Below are positions 50,943 through 60,860 of a DNA stretch of 64,000 nucleotides, piece by piece. The stretch lies in NCBI GenBank assembly GCA_963555995.3, contig OY821641.1:608001-672000 (forward strand), read 5' to 3'. Position numbers and translations under genes: made by a program. Numbering within the stretch: position 1 is the stretch's first letter; each line of letters opens with the position of its first letter. The notes beneath the pieces are model-generated. The model worked only from the letters and a program-made list of their open reading frames with translations, did not search any database and had not been told where the DNA came from. Source of the stretch: Vicinamibacteria bacterium. GTDB lineage: Bacteria; Acidobacteriota; Vicinamibacteria; Marinacidobacterales; Marinacidobacteraceae.

Positions 50943-52144
50943 ACTGGGACACCCGCCTTTCCGACGCCGCCGGCCGGGTCGCCGACTTCGACACCGTCAT
51001 CGGGATCCTGAAGCTTGCCGAGCAGCCGGGGATCCTCTCGCTCGCCGGCGGCATGCCCGACCGCGGCGTCTTCCGGCTCGAGGAGACGCGCGACGCGATG
51101 GCGCGGGTCCTCCGCGACCATGCCCCCGAGGCGCTCAACTACTCGCCGAACCCGGGGATCACGGAGCTCCGCGAGTTCCTCGCCGAGCGGATGGCCCGCC
51201 TCGAGGACATCCACTGCAATCCGGAGGAGGTCCTGGTCACGAGCGGTGGGCTCGAAGGCATCCGCCACGCCTTCAACGCGCTGGTGAACCCGGGCGATCC
51301 GGTGCTGGTGGAGGACCCGACGTACATGGTCGCCCTCCAGGTCTGCTGCGAACTCGGCGGGGTTCCCACCGGCATTCCGAGCGACGACGACGGGGTGATC
51401 CCGGAGGCGCTCGACGAGACGGCGGCCGGCCTCGCCCGGAACGGCCGTCCCGCCCGCATCCTCTACGTGGGCCCCAGTTTCCAGAACCCCACCGGCCGCA
51501 CCTGGACGCTCGCCCGCCGCCGCGCGGTCCTCGCGGTCGCCGAGCGCCACGACCTGGCGGTGGTCGAGGACCACGCCTACGGCGAACTCCGCTACGACGG
51601 TGAGCCGCTGCCGTCGCTGAAGTCGCTGGCCCCCGACCGCGTCATCTTCGTCCATACCTTCTCCAAGATCTTCGGCCCGGGGCTCCGCCTCGGCTGGGTG
51701 GCGGCGGACCGGCGCCTCGTCGAGCGCCTCGGCCTGCTGAAGCTCGGCACCGACCAGTGCTCGAGCGCCCTCACCCAGCGCCTCGCGCTCGCCTACGGCC
51801 GGGCCGGCGGGCTGGAGGCGCAGGTGGACCGGGCGCGGGACCTCTACCGGAGGAAGCGCGACGCCATGCTCGCCGCGCTCCGGGACTTCCCGTCGCGGAC
51901 CCCGTGGCTGAAGCCGGAGGGCGGGTTCTTCCTCTGGGCGGAAACGGACTGCGACACGGAGGCGCTGCTGCGGCGGGCCATCGAGCGCCACCGGGTGGCC
52001 TTCGTCGCCGGGAGCTGCTTCTTCGCGGACCCGGGTTCGGCGGCGGGCCGCCGTTCGCTGCGGCTCTCGTTCAGCTACGTGCCCGAAGACCGCATCCCCG
52101 AGGCCATCGGACGGCTCACCGAGGCGGTCCGCGAGACCACCTGA
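50939..52144 (+). CDS. Class I PLP-dependent aminotransferase (2-aminoadipate transaminase-like)
   Basis: SLAGGMPD, FQNPTG, EDHAY and TFSKIFGPGLRLGW motifs; ATGA overlap with ileS. Confidence 0.9.
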   Translation: MNWDTRLSDAAGRVADFDTVIGILKLAEQPGILSLAGGMPDRGVFRLEETRDAMARVLRDHAPEALNYSPNPGITELREFLAERMARLEDIHCNPEEVLVTSGGLEGIRHAFNALVNPGDPVLVEDPTYMVALQVCCELGGVPTGIPSDDDGVIPEALDETAAGLARNGRPARILYVGPSFQNPTGRTWTLARRRAVLAVAERHDLAVVEDHAYGELRYDGEPLPSLKSLAPDRVIFVHTFSKIFGPGLRLGWVAADRRLVERLGLLKLGTDQCSSALTQRLALAYGRAGGLEAQVDRARDLYRRKRDAMLAALRDFPSRTPWLKPEGGFFLWAETDCDTEALLRRAIERHRVAFVAGSCFFADPGSAAGRRSLRLSFSYVPEDRIPEAIGRLTEAVRETT

Positions 52145-52149
52145 GCCCC

Positions 52150-52698
52150 GTGCCGCGCCTCTTCGTCGTCTCCGGCCCCTCCGGAGTCGGCAAGTCCACC
52201 ATCCTCCGCAGGCTCGTGGACCGCGTCCCGGGCCTCCGGTTCGCGGTCTCCCACACCACCCGCCCGCGCCGCGCGGGCGAGGTGGACGGCCGCGACTACC
52301 ACTTCGTGACCGAAGACCGGTTCCAGCAGTTGATTGACGCCGACGCGTTCGTGGAGTGGGCGCGGGTCCACGACCACCGCTACGGCACCAGCAAGGAGGC
52401 GCTCCGCGCCGGCGGCGAGGACGACCTCCTCATCGAGGTGGACGTCCAAGGCGCCGACGCACTCCGGCAGGAGGTGCCGGAGGCGGTAACCGTCTTCATC
52501 GAGCCCCCCGCCTTCGCGGACCTCGAAACCCGGATCACCGGGCGAGGCCGCGAGTCCGGCCCCGAAGTGGAGCGCCGCCTCCGCACCGCCCGCGACGAGA
52601 TGCCCCACGCAACGTCCTACCACCACCGCATCACCAACGACGACATCGAGGACACGGTAACCCACCTCGCCAACCTCGTGAAACGCGTTCGGGACTAG
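52150..52698 (+). CDS. gmk: Guanylate kinase
   Basis: SGPSGVGKST, SHTTRPRR.GEVDGRDYHF and YGTS motifs. Confidence 0.95.
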   Translation: MPRLFVVSGPSGVGKSTILRRLVDRVPGLRFAVSHTTRPRRAGEVDGRDYHFVTEDRFQQLIDADAFVEWARVHDHRYGTSKEALRAGGEDDLLIEVDVQGADALRQEVPEAVTVFIEPPAFADLETRITGRGRESGPEVERRLRTARDEMPHATSYHHRITNDDIEDTVTHLANLVKRVRD

Positions 52699-52777
52699 GT
52701 GACACAACGGCTTGGAACGCCGGCTTCAGCCGGCACAGCCGACCGGAGCGAGGTGGAACCGCGTCCTGCGGGTCGAA

Positions 52778-52996
52778 TCAGGCGTCGGCTTCGGCTGTCC
52801 CGCCCGACAAGCCGTGAGCCGCTCTCTTTCTGGCGATCATTCGGGCCGTGCGTTTCCGCCCTTCGGCGAGGCTGATGAAGCGACCGGTACGGCGGTCTTC
52901 GAGAAGCTCTCGCACGGCCGCCGTTTCTTCGGCCGAACACTTGTGGTTTTCGGCCGGCTCCCCACAGCCCGAACGGGTCTGAACCTGATTCTTCAT
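52778..52996 (-). CDS. Small hypothetical protein, possible antitoxin remnant
   Basis: 72 aa; LLEDRRTGRFISLAEGR resembles the C-termini of ParD/Phd-type antitoxins, judged by eye. Confidence 0.3.
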   Translation of the reverse strand: MKNQVQTRSGCGEPAENHKCSAEETAAVRELLEDRRTGRFISLAEGRKRTARMIARKRAAHGLSGGTAEADA

Positions 52997-53079
52997 CAGG
53001 TGAGGATATGCCCGACGGCAGCGTTCTCAGGCGTCCGGGCTCGTGGCGTTCCGTGATGCAGTGGTCCGCCGACTGCTAG

Positions 53080-53258
53080 CAGCCTGTGGTGAAACCCACG
53101 TGAGCGCCGAGACGGGTGAGGCGCCCGGCTGACAAGGCGCGTGAGGGAGGAATACCGGGTGTATTCCGACCGAAACGCAACGATGAGCGCCTCGTAGAGG
53201 CGCGGTTCAGCCGGGATGCATCGCCCGTCGAACGCCGCGTGGGTTTTGCCACAGGCTG
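53080..53258. mobile_element. 179-bp MITE-like element, copy 2
   Basis: Homologous to 20948-21126; flanked by CTAG on both sides. Confidence 0.8.
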
Positions 53259-53318
53259 CTAGGCTAAATCCGTGCTGGCGGCTTCCCCTTCGGTCTTCCT
53301 CCAGCCCGGCCCCACTCC

Positions 53319-54470
53319 ATGAGTGCTGACGCGCAACGTCCTTCGACGCACATATCCCGCATCGCGATCGAGGGGTTCCGTTCGCTCCAGAAGGTGAGCA
53401 TCGACGACCTTCCGGGAGTGGCCATCCTGATCGGGGCGAACGGGTCCGGGAAGTCGAATCTGATCCGCTTCTTCGAGATGTTGAGCTGGATGCTGAAGTC
53501 GCGGCAACTCGCAAGGTTCATCGGCAAGCAAGGGGGAGGCAGCGACCAGCTCTTCGGTGGGAGTGAGACCACCCCGAAGATGGAGGCCGATCTGCGGATC
53601 CAGACGGACCAGGGGACCAACGACTACCGGTTCGAATTGGAATTCGCACCGCCGGACCGTCTCATATTTGCCAAGGAGGCGTTCCGCTTCAGCCGGAGCG
53701 GCTGGCCAAACGAGGCAGACTGGCAGTTCCTTCCGGCCGGGAACCCGGAGTCCGAGTTGGTCGGAGTCGGCCATTCCGAAGGAGCGACGCGCGTCAACGA
53801 AACAACGGCGCGCACCATCGTGCATCTCCTTCGCGACTGCTCGCACTACCAGTTCCATAACACCTCGGCCACCTCGTCGCTCAAAAAGAAGTGGGATGTC
53901 CACGACAATGCCTATCTCCGCAGTGACGGCGGGAACCTTGCGGCCGTCCTCTATCGCCTGCGGGACGAGGACGGGCCGCGGTACGAGTACATCTGCCGCC
54001 AGATCGCACGGGTGCTGCCCGTCTTCGAGACGTTCGACATCGAGGAGGAGTACGGAAGGGTCCTGCTCCGCTGGCGCGCCCGGGATACCGGACAGACGAT
54101 CGGCGCGCATCTGACCTCGGACGGGTCCCTCCGCTTCTTCGCGCTGGCGACCCTGCTCAATCTCCCCCCGGAGACGCTGCCGGCCGTGATGCTCTTGGAC
54201 GAGCCGGAACTCGGGTTGCATCCGTCGGCGGTGGACCTGGTCGCGCGGATGGTTCGGGCGCTGGGAACGGACAGACAGGTCATCGCGGCAACGCAGTCAC
54301 CCCTGCTGGTGGACGCCTTCGATCTTGAGAACGTGATCGTCATCGAGACGGACGGATCCCGGAGCCTCCTGAAGACCCTGCCGTTCGGGGACGCCGACTG
54401 GAAGGAATGGCTGAAGGAATACAGCGTGGGGCAACTCTGGGAGAAGAACATCCTCGGCGGACGCCCGTGA
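53319..54470 (+). CDS. AAA_21/SMC-like ATPase
   Basis: IEGFRS, GANGSGKSN, SDGSLRF, LDEPELGLHP and ATQSP motifs. Confidence 0.9.
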   Translation: MSADAQRPSTHISRIAIEGFRSLQKVSIDDLPGVAILIGANGSGKSNLIRFFEMLSWMLKSRQLARFIGKQGGGSDQLFGGSETTPKMEADLRIQTDQGTNDYRFELEFAPPDRLIFAKEAFRFSRSGWPNEADWQFLPAGNPESELVGVGHSEGATRVNETTARTIVHLLRDCSHYQFHNTSATSSLKKKWDVHDNAYLRSDGGNLAAVLYRLRDEDGPRYEYICRQIARVLPVFETFDIEEEYGRVLLRWRARDTGQTIGAHLTSDGSLRFFALATLLNLPPETLPAVMLLDEPELGLHPSAVDLVARMVRALGTDRQVIAATQSPLLVDAFDLENVIVIETDGSRSLLKTLPFGDADWKEWLKEYSVGQLWEKNILGGRP

Positions 54471-55099
54471 TCCGGGTGGGCATCGCAGTCGAAGGACCCA
54501 CCGAGGAGGACTTTGTCAAGAGGGTCCTTGCTCGCCATCTCTGGTCCTTCGATGTCTTGGCACATCCGGCCCTTCCCGGCCGGCGGGGCGGCAACATTTC
54601 CGTCCAACGTCTCGCATCCGGCATGCGCGAGCTACTGCGCGACTTCGACGCTGTGACTTCCCTGGTTGATTTCTACGGGTTCACGAAGAAGGGGGAGTGC
54701 ACGGCGGACGAACTCGAATCCCTGGTTCTCGACCAGTTGAACAAAACCGTCACCGGTGGGGTGTCGCCAAGGCGTGTCTTCCCGTACGTGCAACGCCACG
54801 AATTCGAAGCACTGCTCTTTTCCGACGTCGGGCGTTTCCGTTGCATACCGAGCGTTTCCCCGACACGCCTGGAGAAGCTCGTCGCAGTGCGCGGACAGTT
54901 CCCCACGCCCGAGGACATTGACGACGGTTCAGAGACCGCGCCGAGCAAGCGGCTCCTCCAGTCGGTTCCTGGGTACGACAAACGGGTCCACGGACCCTTG
55001 GTAGCGGAAGAGATCGGCATGGGCCGGATCCAATCCGAGTGCCCCCGATTCGGTACCTGGCTGAGGAGACTCGAACATCTGCCGACCGTGCTTGGCTGA
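54467..55099 (+). CDS. DUF4276-like (TOPRIM-like) protein
   Basis: VEGPTEE, VTSLVDFYG, HEFEALLFSD, PEDIDD, APSKRL and CPRFGTWL motifs; GTGA overlap. Confidence 0.85.
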   Translation: MIRVGIAVEGPTEEDFVKRVLARHLWSFDVLAHPALPGRRGGNISVQRLASGMRELLRDFDAVTSLVDFYGFTKKGECTADELESLVLDQLNKTVTGGVSPRRVFPYVQRHEFEALLFSDVGRFRCIPSVSPTRLEKLVAVRGQFPTPEDIDDGSETAPSKRLLQSVPGYDKRVHGPLVAEEIGMGRIQSECPRFGTWLRRLEHLPTVLG

Positions 55100-55214
55100 C
55101 GGACTTCCTGAAGGAAGGACTTTGGAGACCGATGCATCCCGGGGTCGTTGCTGTGTCGGCGCGCGGTCTGGGCCGGGCCGCCGCCCCATCCTGTGCGAAG
55201 ATGATGGGTCCGCC

Positions 55215-56507
55215 ATGAAAAAGGTCGTTCTCGGGGTCACCGGGTGCATCGGGGCGTACAAGGCTCCGGACCTGGTGCGCGCCCTGCGGAAGCGTGACCT
55301 GCGGGTGCAGGTGATCCTCACCCGGGCCGCCCGCGAGTTCGTCTCGCCGCTCTCCCTGGCGACCGTCTCCGGGGAGCCGGTCCTCGAGCGCCTGTTTTCC
55401 GACGTGCCCGGAGAAGCGGGAGGCGAGGGCCCGACCAGTTCTCCCGGTGGGGGGCCGACCGGCGGCGTGCGCCACATCTCCCTCACCGAGGAGACCGACG
55501 TCTTCCTGGTGGCCCCGGCCACCGCGCACGTGATCGCGCGGCTGGCGCTCGGGCTCGCCGACGACTTCCTCACCACCTTCCACCTCGCCGTCCGGGCGCC
55601 GATCCTCATCGCCCCCGCGATGAACACCAACATGCTGGCGCACGAGGCGACCCGGGGCCACCTCCGGACTCTGCGCGAGCGGGGCGCGACGATCATCGAG
55701 CCCGGGGAGGGGGAGCTCGCGTGCGGCTGGCTCGGGCCGGGCCGGCTCGCCGAGATCCCCGACATCGTGGAGGCGGTCGGGCGCGCGCTGGCGGAGACCG
55801 CCCCCCGGCGGAACCTGGCCGGCCGGAAGGTCGTGGTCGCCGCCGGTCCGACCCGCGAGCCCCTGGATCCGGTGCGCTACCTGACCAACCGCTCGTCCGG
55901 CCGGATGGGCTTCGAGCTGGCGGAGGCGGCCGCCGCCCGCGGCGCGGAGGTCACCCTGGTCCTCGGGCCGACCGACCTCGAACCCCCGGCGGGCCGGGAG
56001 GTGGTGCGGGTGGAGACCGCCCGCGAGATGCGCGACCGGACGTTCGCCGCCGCCCCGGACGCCGACGCGGTGGTCATGGCGGCGGCGGTCGCCGACTTCC
56101 GGCCGGCGCACAACGCCGGGTCCAAGCTCAAGTCCGCCGGTCTCCGCCGGGACGGCGCCGCCTCCTCCCTGGCGCTCGTCGCGAACCCGGACATCCTCGC
56201 CGAGCTCGGCGCCGCGCGGGCCGCGGACGCCGGCTCGGGTCCGGCGGTGCTGGTCGGTTTCGCCGCCGAGACCGGCGAGCCCGAGGACGAAGCGATCCGG
56301 AAGCTCGAGGAGAAGCGGTGCGACCTGATCGTCGGCAACCGGGTGGGGCAGGGGCGGGTCTTCGGCCTCGACTCCACCCAGGCGGTGCTGGTCGAGAGCC
56401 GGGACGGGCAGGCCCCCGCCGTGAGCCGCCGGGAGCCCGAATCGAAGCGCTCGCTCGCGGACGCCGTCTGCGACGTCATCGCCCGGCGGCTGGGGAACGG
56501 CGCGTGA
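55215..56507 (+). CDS. coaBC: Phosphopantothenoylcysteine decarboxylase/ligase
   Basis: GVTGCIGAYK, APAMN, GPTREPLDPVRYLTNRSSGRMG and GFAAET motifs. Confidence 0.95.
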   Translation: MKKVVLGVTGCIGAYKAPDLVRALRKRDLRVQVILTRAAREFVSPLSLATVSGEPVLERLFSDVPGEAGGEGPTSSPGGGPTGGVRHISLTEETDVFLVAPATAHVIARLALGLADDFLTTFHLAVRAPILIAPAMNTNMLAHEATRGHLRTLRERGATIIEPGEGELACGWLGPGRLAEIPDIVEAVGRALAETAPRRNLAGRKVVVAAGPTREPLDPVRYLTNRSSGRMGFELAEAAAARGAEVTLVLGPTDLEPPAGREVVRVETAREMRDRTFAAAPDADAVVMAAAVADFRPAHNAGSKLKSAGLRRDGAASSLALVANPDILAELGAARAADAGSGPAVLVGFAAETGEPEDEAIRKLEEKRCDLIVGNRVGQGRVFGLDSTQAVLVESRDGQAPAVSRREPESKRSLADAVCDVIARRLGNGA

Positions 56508-56544
56508 ACCCGTCGGGACCGCCTGTCCCGCGGCGCCGCTGACC

Positions 56545-57231
56545 GTGACCGACGGACCGGACGCCGATCTCCGCGCCCAGCTCGCCGCCCGCCTGCGGCT
56601 CCTCCAGGGATTCACCGACTTCGTGCCGGGTCCGCCGGTCCCGCCGCCCCCCGCCGAAACGCTGGAGGCGATCTCGGCGGACCTCGACGGCTGCACCCGC
56701 TGCCGGCTCTCCGAAAAGCGGAAGACCATCGTGTTCGGGGTCGGCCCGGCGGACGCCGACCTCATGTTCATCGGCGAGGGCCCGGGCCGGGACGAGGACC
56801 GGCAGGGCGAGCCGTTCGTGGGCCGCGCCGGCCGGTTGCTGAACGAGATGATCGAGAAGTGCTTCCAGCGGCGGCGGGCCGACGTGTACATCACGAACAT
56901 CGTGAAGTGCTGGCCGCCGGGCAACCGCAATCCGCAGGCGGACGAGGTCGCCACCTGCCTGCCGTTCCTGAAGCGGCAGATCGCTTCGGTCCGGCCCCGC
57001 GTGATCTGCCTGCTCGGGAGCGTTGCCGTCAAGGCGCTCTTCCCGGGGGTCCGGGGCATCGGCGCGGCGCGCGGCACGGTGTGGGAGTTTGGCGGGATCC
57101 CGGTGGTGCCGACCTTCCATCCGGCCTACCTGCTGCGCGCCGAGGGGGAGCGGCTGCAGCAGTTGAAGCGGGAGGTGCTGGACGACGCGCGGACCGCGCT
57201 GGAGATCCTGGCGCGGCCTCGAGGGGCGTGA
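56545..57231 (+). CDS. Family-4 uracil-DNA glycosylase
   Basis: CTRC, GEGPG, PFVGRAG, NIVKC.PPGNR and FHPAYLLR motifs. Confidence 0.92.
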   Translation: MTDGPDADLRAQLAARLRLLQGFTDFVPGPPVPPPPAETLEAISADLDGCTRCRLSEKRKTIVFGVGPADADLMFIGEGPGRDEDRQGEPFVGRAGRLLNEMIEKCFQRRRADVYITNIVKCWPPGNRNPQADEVATCLPFLKRQIASVRPRVICLLGSVAVKALFPGVRGIGAARGTVWEFGGIPVVPTFHPAYLLRAEGERLQQLKREVLDDARTALEILARPRGA

Positions 57232-57263
57232 CGTGAGGCGGAGCGGGATCGCGACGCGCTCGG

Positions 57264-57825
57264 AGCGCTCCACGTGCACGGGGACGAACGCCATCAGCGC
57301 GGGTTTGCCGTGAAGATGCGGTTTCGGCGAAACGGCAACCAACGCAAGTTGCGCCGCCGGCTGGGAGCGCCGGTCTTCAGACCGGCACGCGCTGCGCCCC
57401 AGCGCAGCGCACGGCACGACGCCGACCTGTGCGGTGGCGTTCTGCTTTCGGTTCGTCAGCGCGAACTGCGACACGACATCCGCGGGCCTTCGGCCCGCTG
57501 TGCCGGTCTAGCGCTCCACGTGCACGGGGACGAACGCCATCAGCGCGGGTTTGCCGTGAAGATGCGGTTTCGGCGAAACGGCAACCAACGCAAGTTGCGC
57601 CGCCGGCTGGGAGCGCCGGTCTTCAGACCGGCACGCGCTGCGCCCCAGCGCAGCGCACGGCACGACGCCGACCTGTGCGGTGGCGTTCTGCTTTCGGTTC
57701 GTCAGCGCGAACTGCGACACGACATCCGCGGGCCTTCGGCCCGCTGTGCCGGTCTGAAGACCGGCGCTCCCAGCCGTCTCCACCGTTTTGATGACCGGCG
57801 GGGTGCAGGAGGACCGATCATGAGG
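57264..57825 (+). repeat. 246-bp tandem duplication of a REP-composite unit
   Basis: agcgctccacgtgcacgggg... at 57264 and 57510; homologous to the 383-bp unit at ~41 kb. Confidence 0.9.
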
Positions 57826-57934
57826 GTTTCGCGCTCCCGCGCGATGCCAGCCGGAGGCTGGCGCTCCGAGGCGGACGGCCCGGACTGCTATTCACAGCAA
57901 CGGGCCGGCGTTCCCGGCCGTCGCGTCGCCTGAC

Positions 57935-60253
57935 TTGAACCGCGTTGAGGTCGCGGTGCCGCGTCCGGTGCCGCGGACGTACACCTACGAGGCGCCGCCC
58001 GCGCTGCTGCGGCCCGGCGAGACCACCCTGCCGCCCGGCGTCCGGGTGCGGGTCCCCTTCGGCCCGGGCGAACTCACCGGGGTGGTCCTCGGCCCCGGCG
58101 CGCCGGCGCCGCCGGAACGCGGAGAGGAGAAGCAGGTCGTCCTCAGGGCCGTCCGCTCGCGCTTCGACGATCCGCTGCCGCCGCTCCCGGAAGACCTCCT
58201 CGCCCTGGCGCGCCAGCTCGCCGAGGTGACGGTCTGCCCGCTCGGGCTGGTCCTCAGGGCGATGCTCCCGGCCTCGGCGCCCCCCGGCCGCATGCTCCGG
58301 ACCGCGCGCATCACCGTGGAGGGCTCCGCGCGCCTCCGGGAGCCCGACGGCCGGACCGCTGGAGGGTCCGGCGGCGGCCCCGCAGGCGCGCTGCCGCGGC
58401 TGAGCGAGGACGACCGGCGCATCCTCACCCTGCTCGCGGTCTCCCGCGGCCCCGTCCCGCTGGTCCGCATCCGCCGCGAACTCGAACTCTCCCCGGGCCG
58501 GAGCTTCGCCCGCCTCGAACGCGAGGGGTTTCTCCTCACCGGCGCCGAGCGGCTCACGCCCGAGGCGGCGAGCCCCGGCGGCCCGGCGGGTCCCGGCGAC
58601 CACGCGCCGTCGCGCCCGCCGCCGCTCACCCCACCCCAGCGCGAAGCGGCGGCCGCCCTCCGGGAGGCCCTCGAAGCCCGCGCCTTCGGCGCCTTCCTGC
58701 TCGACGGGGTCACCGGCAGCGGGAAGACCGAGGTCTATTTCCAGGCTATCGCCGCCTGCCTCGAAACGGGCCGCAGCGCGCTGCTGCTGGTCCCCGAGAT
58801 CGCGCTCGCCTCCCAGCAGGAGGCGCTCCTCCGCGCCCGCTTCGGCCCCGGCCTCGCCGTGTTCCACAGCGGGCTCGGCGCCGCCGAGCGCCGCGCCGCC
58901 TTCTGGCGCATCCGGAGGGGCGAGGCGCGCATCGTGCTCGGGGCCCGGTCCGCGGTGCTCGCCCCCATCCGGGACCTCGGGCTGGTGGTCCTCGACGAGG
59001 AGCACGACGCCGCCTACAAGCAGGACGAGGCGCCCCGCTACCACGCCCGCCAGGCCGCCTGGCTCCGCGCCCGCGCCGCCGGCGCGGTGCTGGTGCTCGG
59101 CTCGGCCACCCCCTCGCTCGAAGCGGCGCACGCCGCCGAGCGGCAGGCGCTCACCCGGCTGCGGCTCCCCCACCGCATCGCGGGCCGCGCGCTCCCCGCG
59201 GTGGAGGTGGTGGACATGCGCCCCCTGCTGCGCGCGTACTACCGGGACCCGGCCCGGAAGCCCGCCCGGGGGCCGCTGATCCTCGCCCCCGTGCTCGAGA
59301 CCGCGCTCCGGGAGACCGTCGCCGCCGGCCGGCAGGCGCTCGTCCTCCTGAACCGGCGCGGCTACGGGGGCCGGATCGGCTGCCTGCGCTGCGGGGAGAT
59401 CCTCGAATGCCGCCGCTGCGGCGTCGCCTTCACCCTGCACCGGCGCGGGAGCCTCGCCGTCTGCCATGCCTGCGGGACGGGGATGGCCCCTCCCGAGGAC
59501 TGTCCGGGCTGCGGCGGCGATGTCCTGCGGTCCGAGGGGTTCGGCACCGAGCGCGTGGAGGAGGAGGTCTCCCGCCTGCTGCCGGACGTCCGGGTGGCGC
59601 GCTTCGACCGGGACACCACCCGCGCCCGCGGCAGCCACGCCCGGACGCTCGACGCCTTCCGCGAGGGCGCGATCCGGGTGCTGGTGGGGACCCAGATGAT
59701 CGCCAAGGGACACGACTTCCCGGCGGTTACGCTGGTCGGGGTGGTGGCCGCCGACGGCGGGCTCGGGGCGCCGGATTTCCGGGCCGCCGAACGCACCTTC
59801 CAGCTCCTGACCCAGGTCGCCGGGCGGGCTGGCCGCGGGGAGGACCCCGGACGGGTCCTCATCCAGACGATGAAGCCGGACCACTACGCGGTCACCGCCG
59901 CCGCCCGCCAGGACTACCCCGCGTTCGCCGCCGTCGAACGCGAGATGCGGCGCCGCTTCCGCTACCCGCCCTTCGTCCGGCTGACGAGCCTCACGGTGAG
60001 CGCCCGCTCCTCCGGCAAGGCCGAGGAGGCGGCCGCCGCGCTCGCCCGGCGCATCGTCACCCCGGACGCGCCCGAATCGCTCGAGGTCGTCGGTCCGGCG
60101 CCCGCTCCGGGGCCGCGGCCGGAGGGGTCCTGGCGCTGGGCGATGCTCGTCAGGGCGGCGCCCCGCGACCATGCCGCGCTGCGCCGGCGTCTCCGGCGTC
60201 TCCTCGAAGCGCCGGAGTACGCGCGGCATGTGACGATCAATGACGATCCCTGA
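57935..60253 (+). CDS. priA: Primosomal protein N'
   Basis: GVTGSGKTEVY, DEEHD, GSATPS, Zn-finger CxxC pairs, GTQMIAKGHDF and QVAGRAGR. Confidence 0.95.
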   Translation: MNRVEVAVPRPVPRTYTYEAPPALLRPGETTLPPGVRVRVPFGPGELTGVVLGPGAPAPPERGEEKQVVLRAVRSRFDDPLPPLPEDLLALARQLAEVTVCPLGLVLRAMLPASAPPGRMLRTARITVEGSARLREPDGRTAGGSGGGPAGALPRLSEDDRRILTLLAVSRGPVPLVRIRRELELSPGRSFARLEREGFLLTGAERLTPEAASPGGPAGPGDHAPSRPPPLTPPQREAAAALREALEARAFGAFLLDGVTGSGKTEVYFQAIAACLETGRSALLLVPEIALASQQEALLRARFGPGLAVFHSGLGAAERRAAFWRIRRGEARIVLGARSAVLAPIRDLGLVVLDEEHDAAYKQDEAPRYHARQAAWLRARAAGAVLVLGSATPSLEAAHAAERQALTRLRLPHRIAGRALPAVEVVDMRPLLRAYYRDPARKPARGPLILAPVLETALRETVAAGRQALVLLNRRGYGGRIGCLRCGEILECRRCGVAFTLHRRGSLAVCHACGTGMAPPEDCPGCGGDVLRSEGFGTERVEEEVSRLLPDVRVARFDRDTTRARGSHARTLDAFREGAIRVLVGTQMIAKGHDFPAVTLVGVVAADGGLGAPDFRAAERTFQLLTQVAGRAGRGEDPGRVLIQTMKPDHYAVTAAARQDYPAFAAVEREMRRRFRYPPFVRLTSLTVSARSSGKAEEAAAALARRIVTPDAPESLEVVGPAPAPGPRPEGSWRWAMLVRAAPRDHAALRRRLRRLLEAPEYARHVTINDDP

Positions 60254-60288
60254 CCGCCGAACCGCGTTTGGCGTACTATGCTCGGGCG

Positions 60289-60558
60289 ATGGTGAAGGCC
60301 GACCTCATCAACCGGGCGATGGCGGCAACGGATTTGTCGGCCCAGGACGCCCGCGATGCCGTGGAGGCCTTGTTCGAGGGTCTGCGGGCGGGTCTGGAGA
60401 GCGGGAACCGCGTCGTTTTGCGGCGGTTCGGCGTGTTCCAGGCCGCGCCGCGCAAGACGGGGGTGGCGCGCAACCCGCGCACCGGCGAACCGGTCGGCAT
60501 TCCACGGGGCCGGGTGGTCCGCTTCCGTCCCGGCCAGAGCCTCCGCCACATCTCGTAG
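60289..60558 (+). CDS. HU/IHF-family DNA-binding protein
   Basis: MVKADLI...FGVF...ARNPRTG...FRPG. Confidence 0.9.
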   Translation: MVKADLINRAMAATDLSAQDARDAVEALFEGLRAGLESGNRVVLRRFGVFQAAPRKTGVARNPRTGEPVGIPRGRVVRFRPGQSLRHIS

Positions 60559-60650
60559 GGCAGGGCGGAACTTCCGCCTCGGTGCGCTCCACGCGGGTTG
60601 GACCTGCGCGCCTTCCGGGCATGCGGTCACTGCCGTGAGGGCGCCGGCGG

Positions 60651-60812
60651 CTTGGAACGCCGGCTTCAGCCGGCACCCGCTGCGCGAAGCGCGGCGGACT
60701 GCACGACGCTGCTCCGCACGACGGCGTTCGACTCTCGGTCCATCACCGCGAACCGCGGCACGACATCCGCGGGCCTTTGGCCCGCTGTGCCGGCTGAAGC
60801 CGGCGTTCCAAG
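60651..60812. repeat. Inverted REP doublet (REPIN-like)
   Basis: Inverted REP pair with spacer homologous to 15878-16041. Confidence 0.85.
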
Positions 60813-60860
60813 CCGTTCGCGCCGGGTAGCGGCCGGTAATCTCGGCGTCACCGAGGCCAC

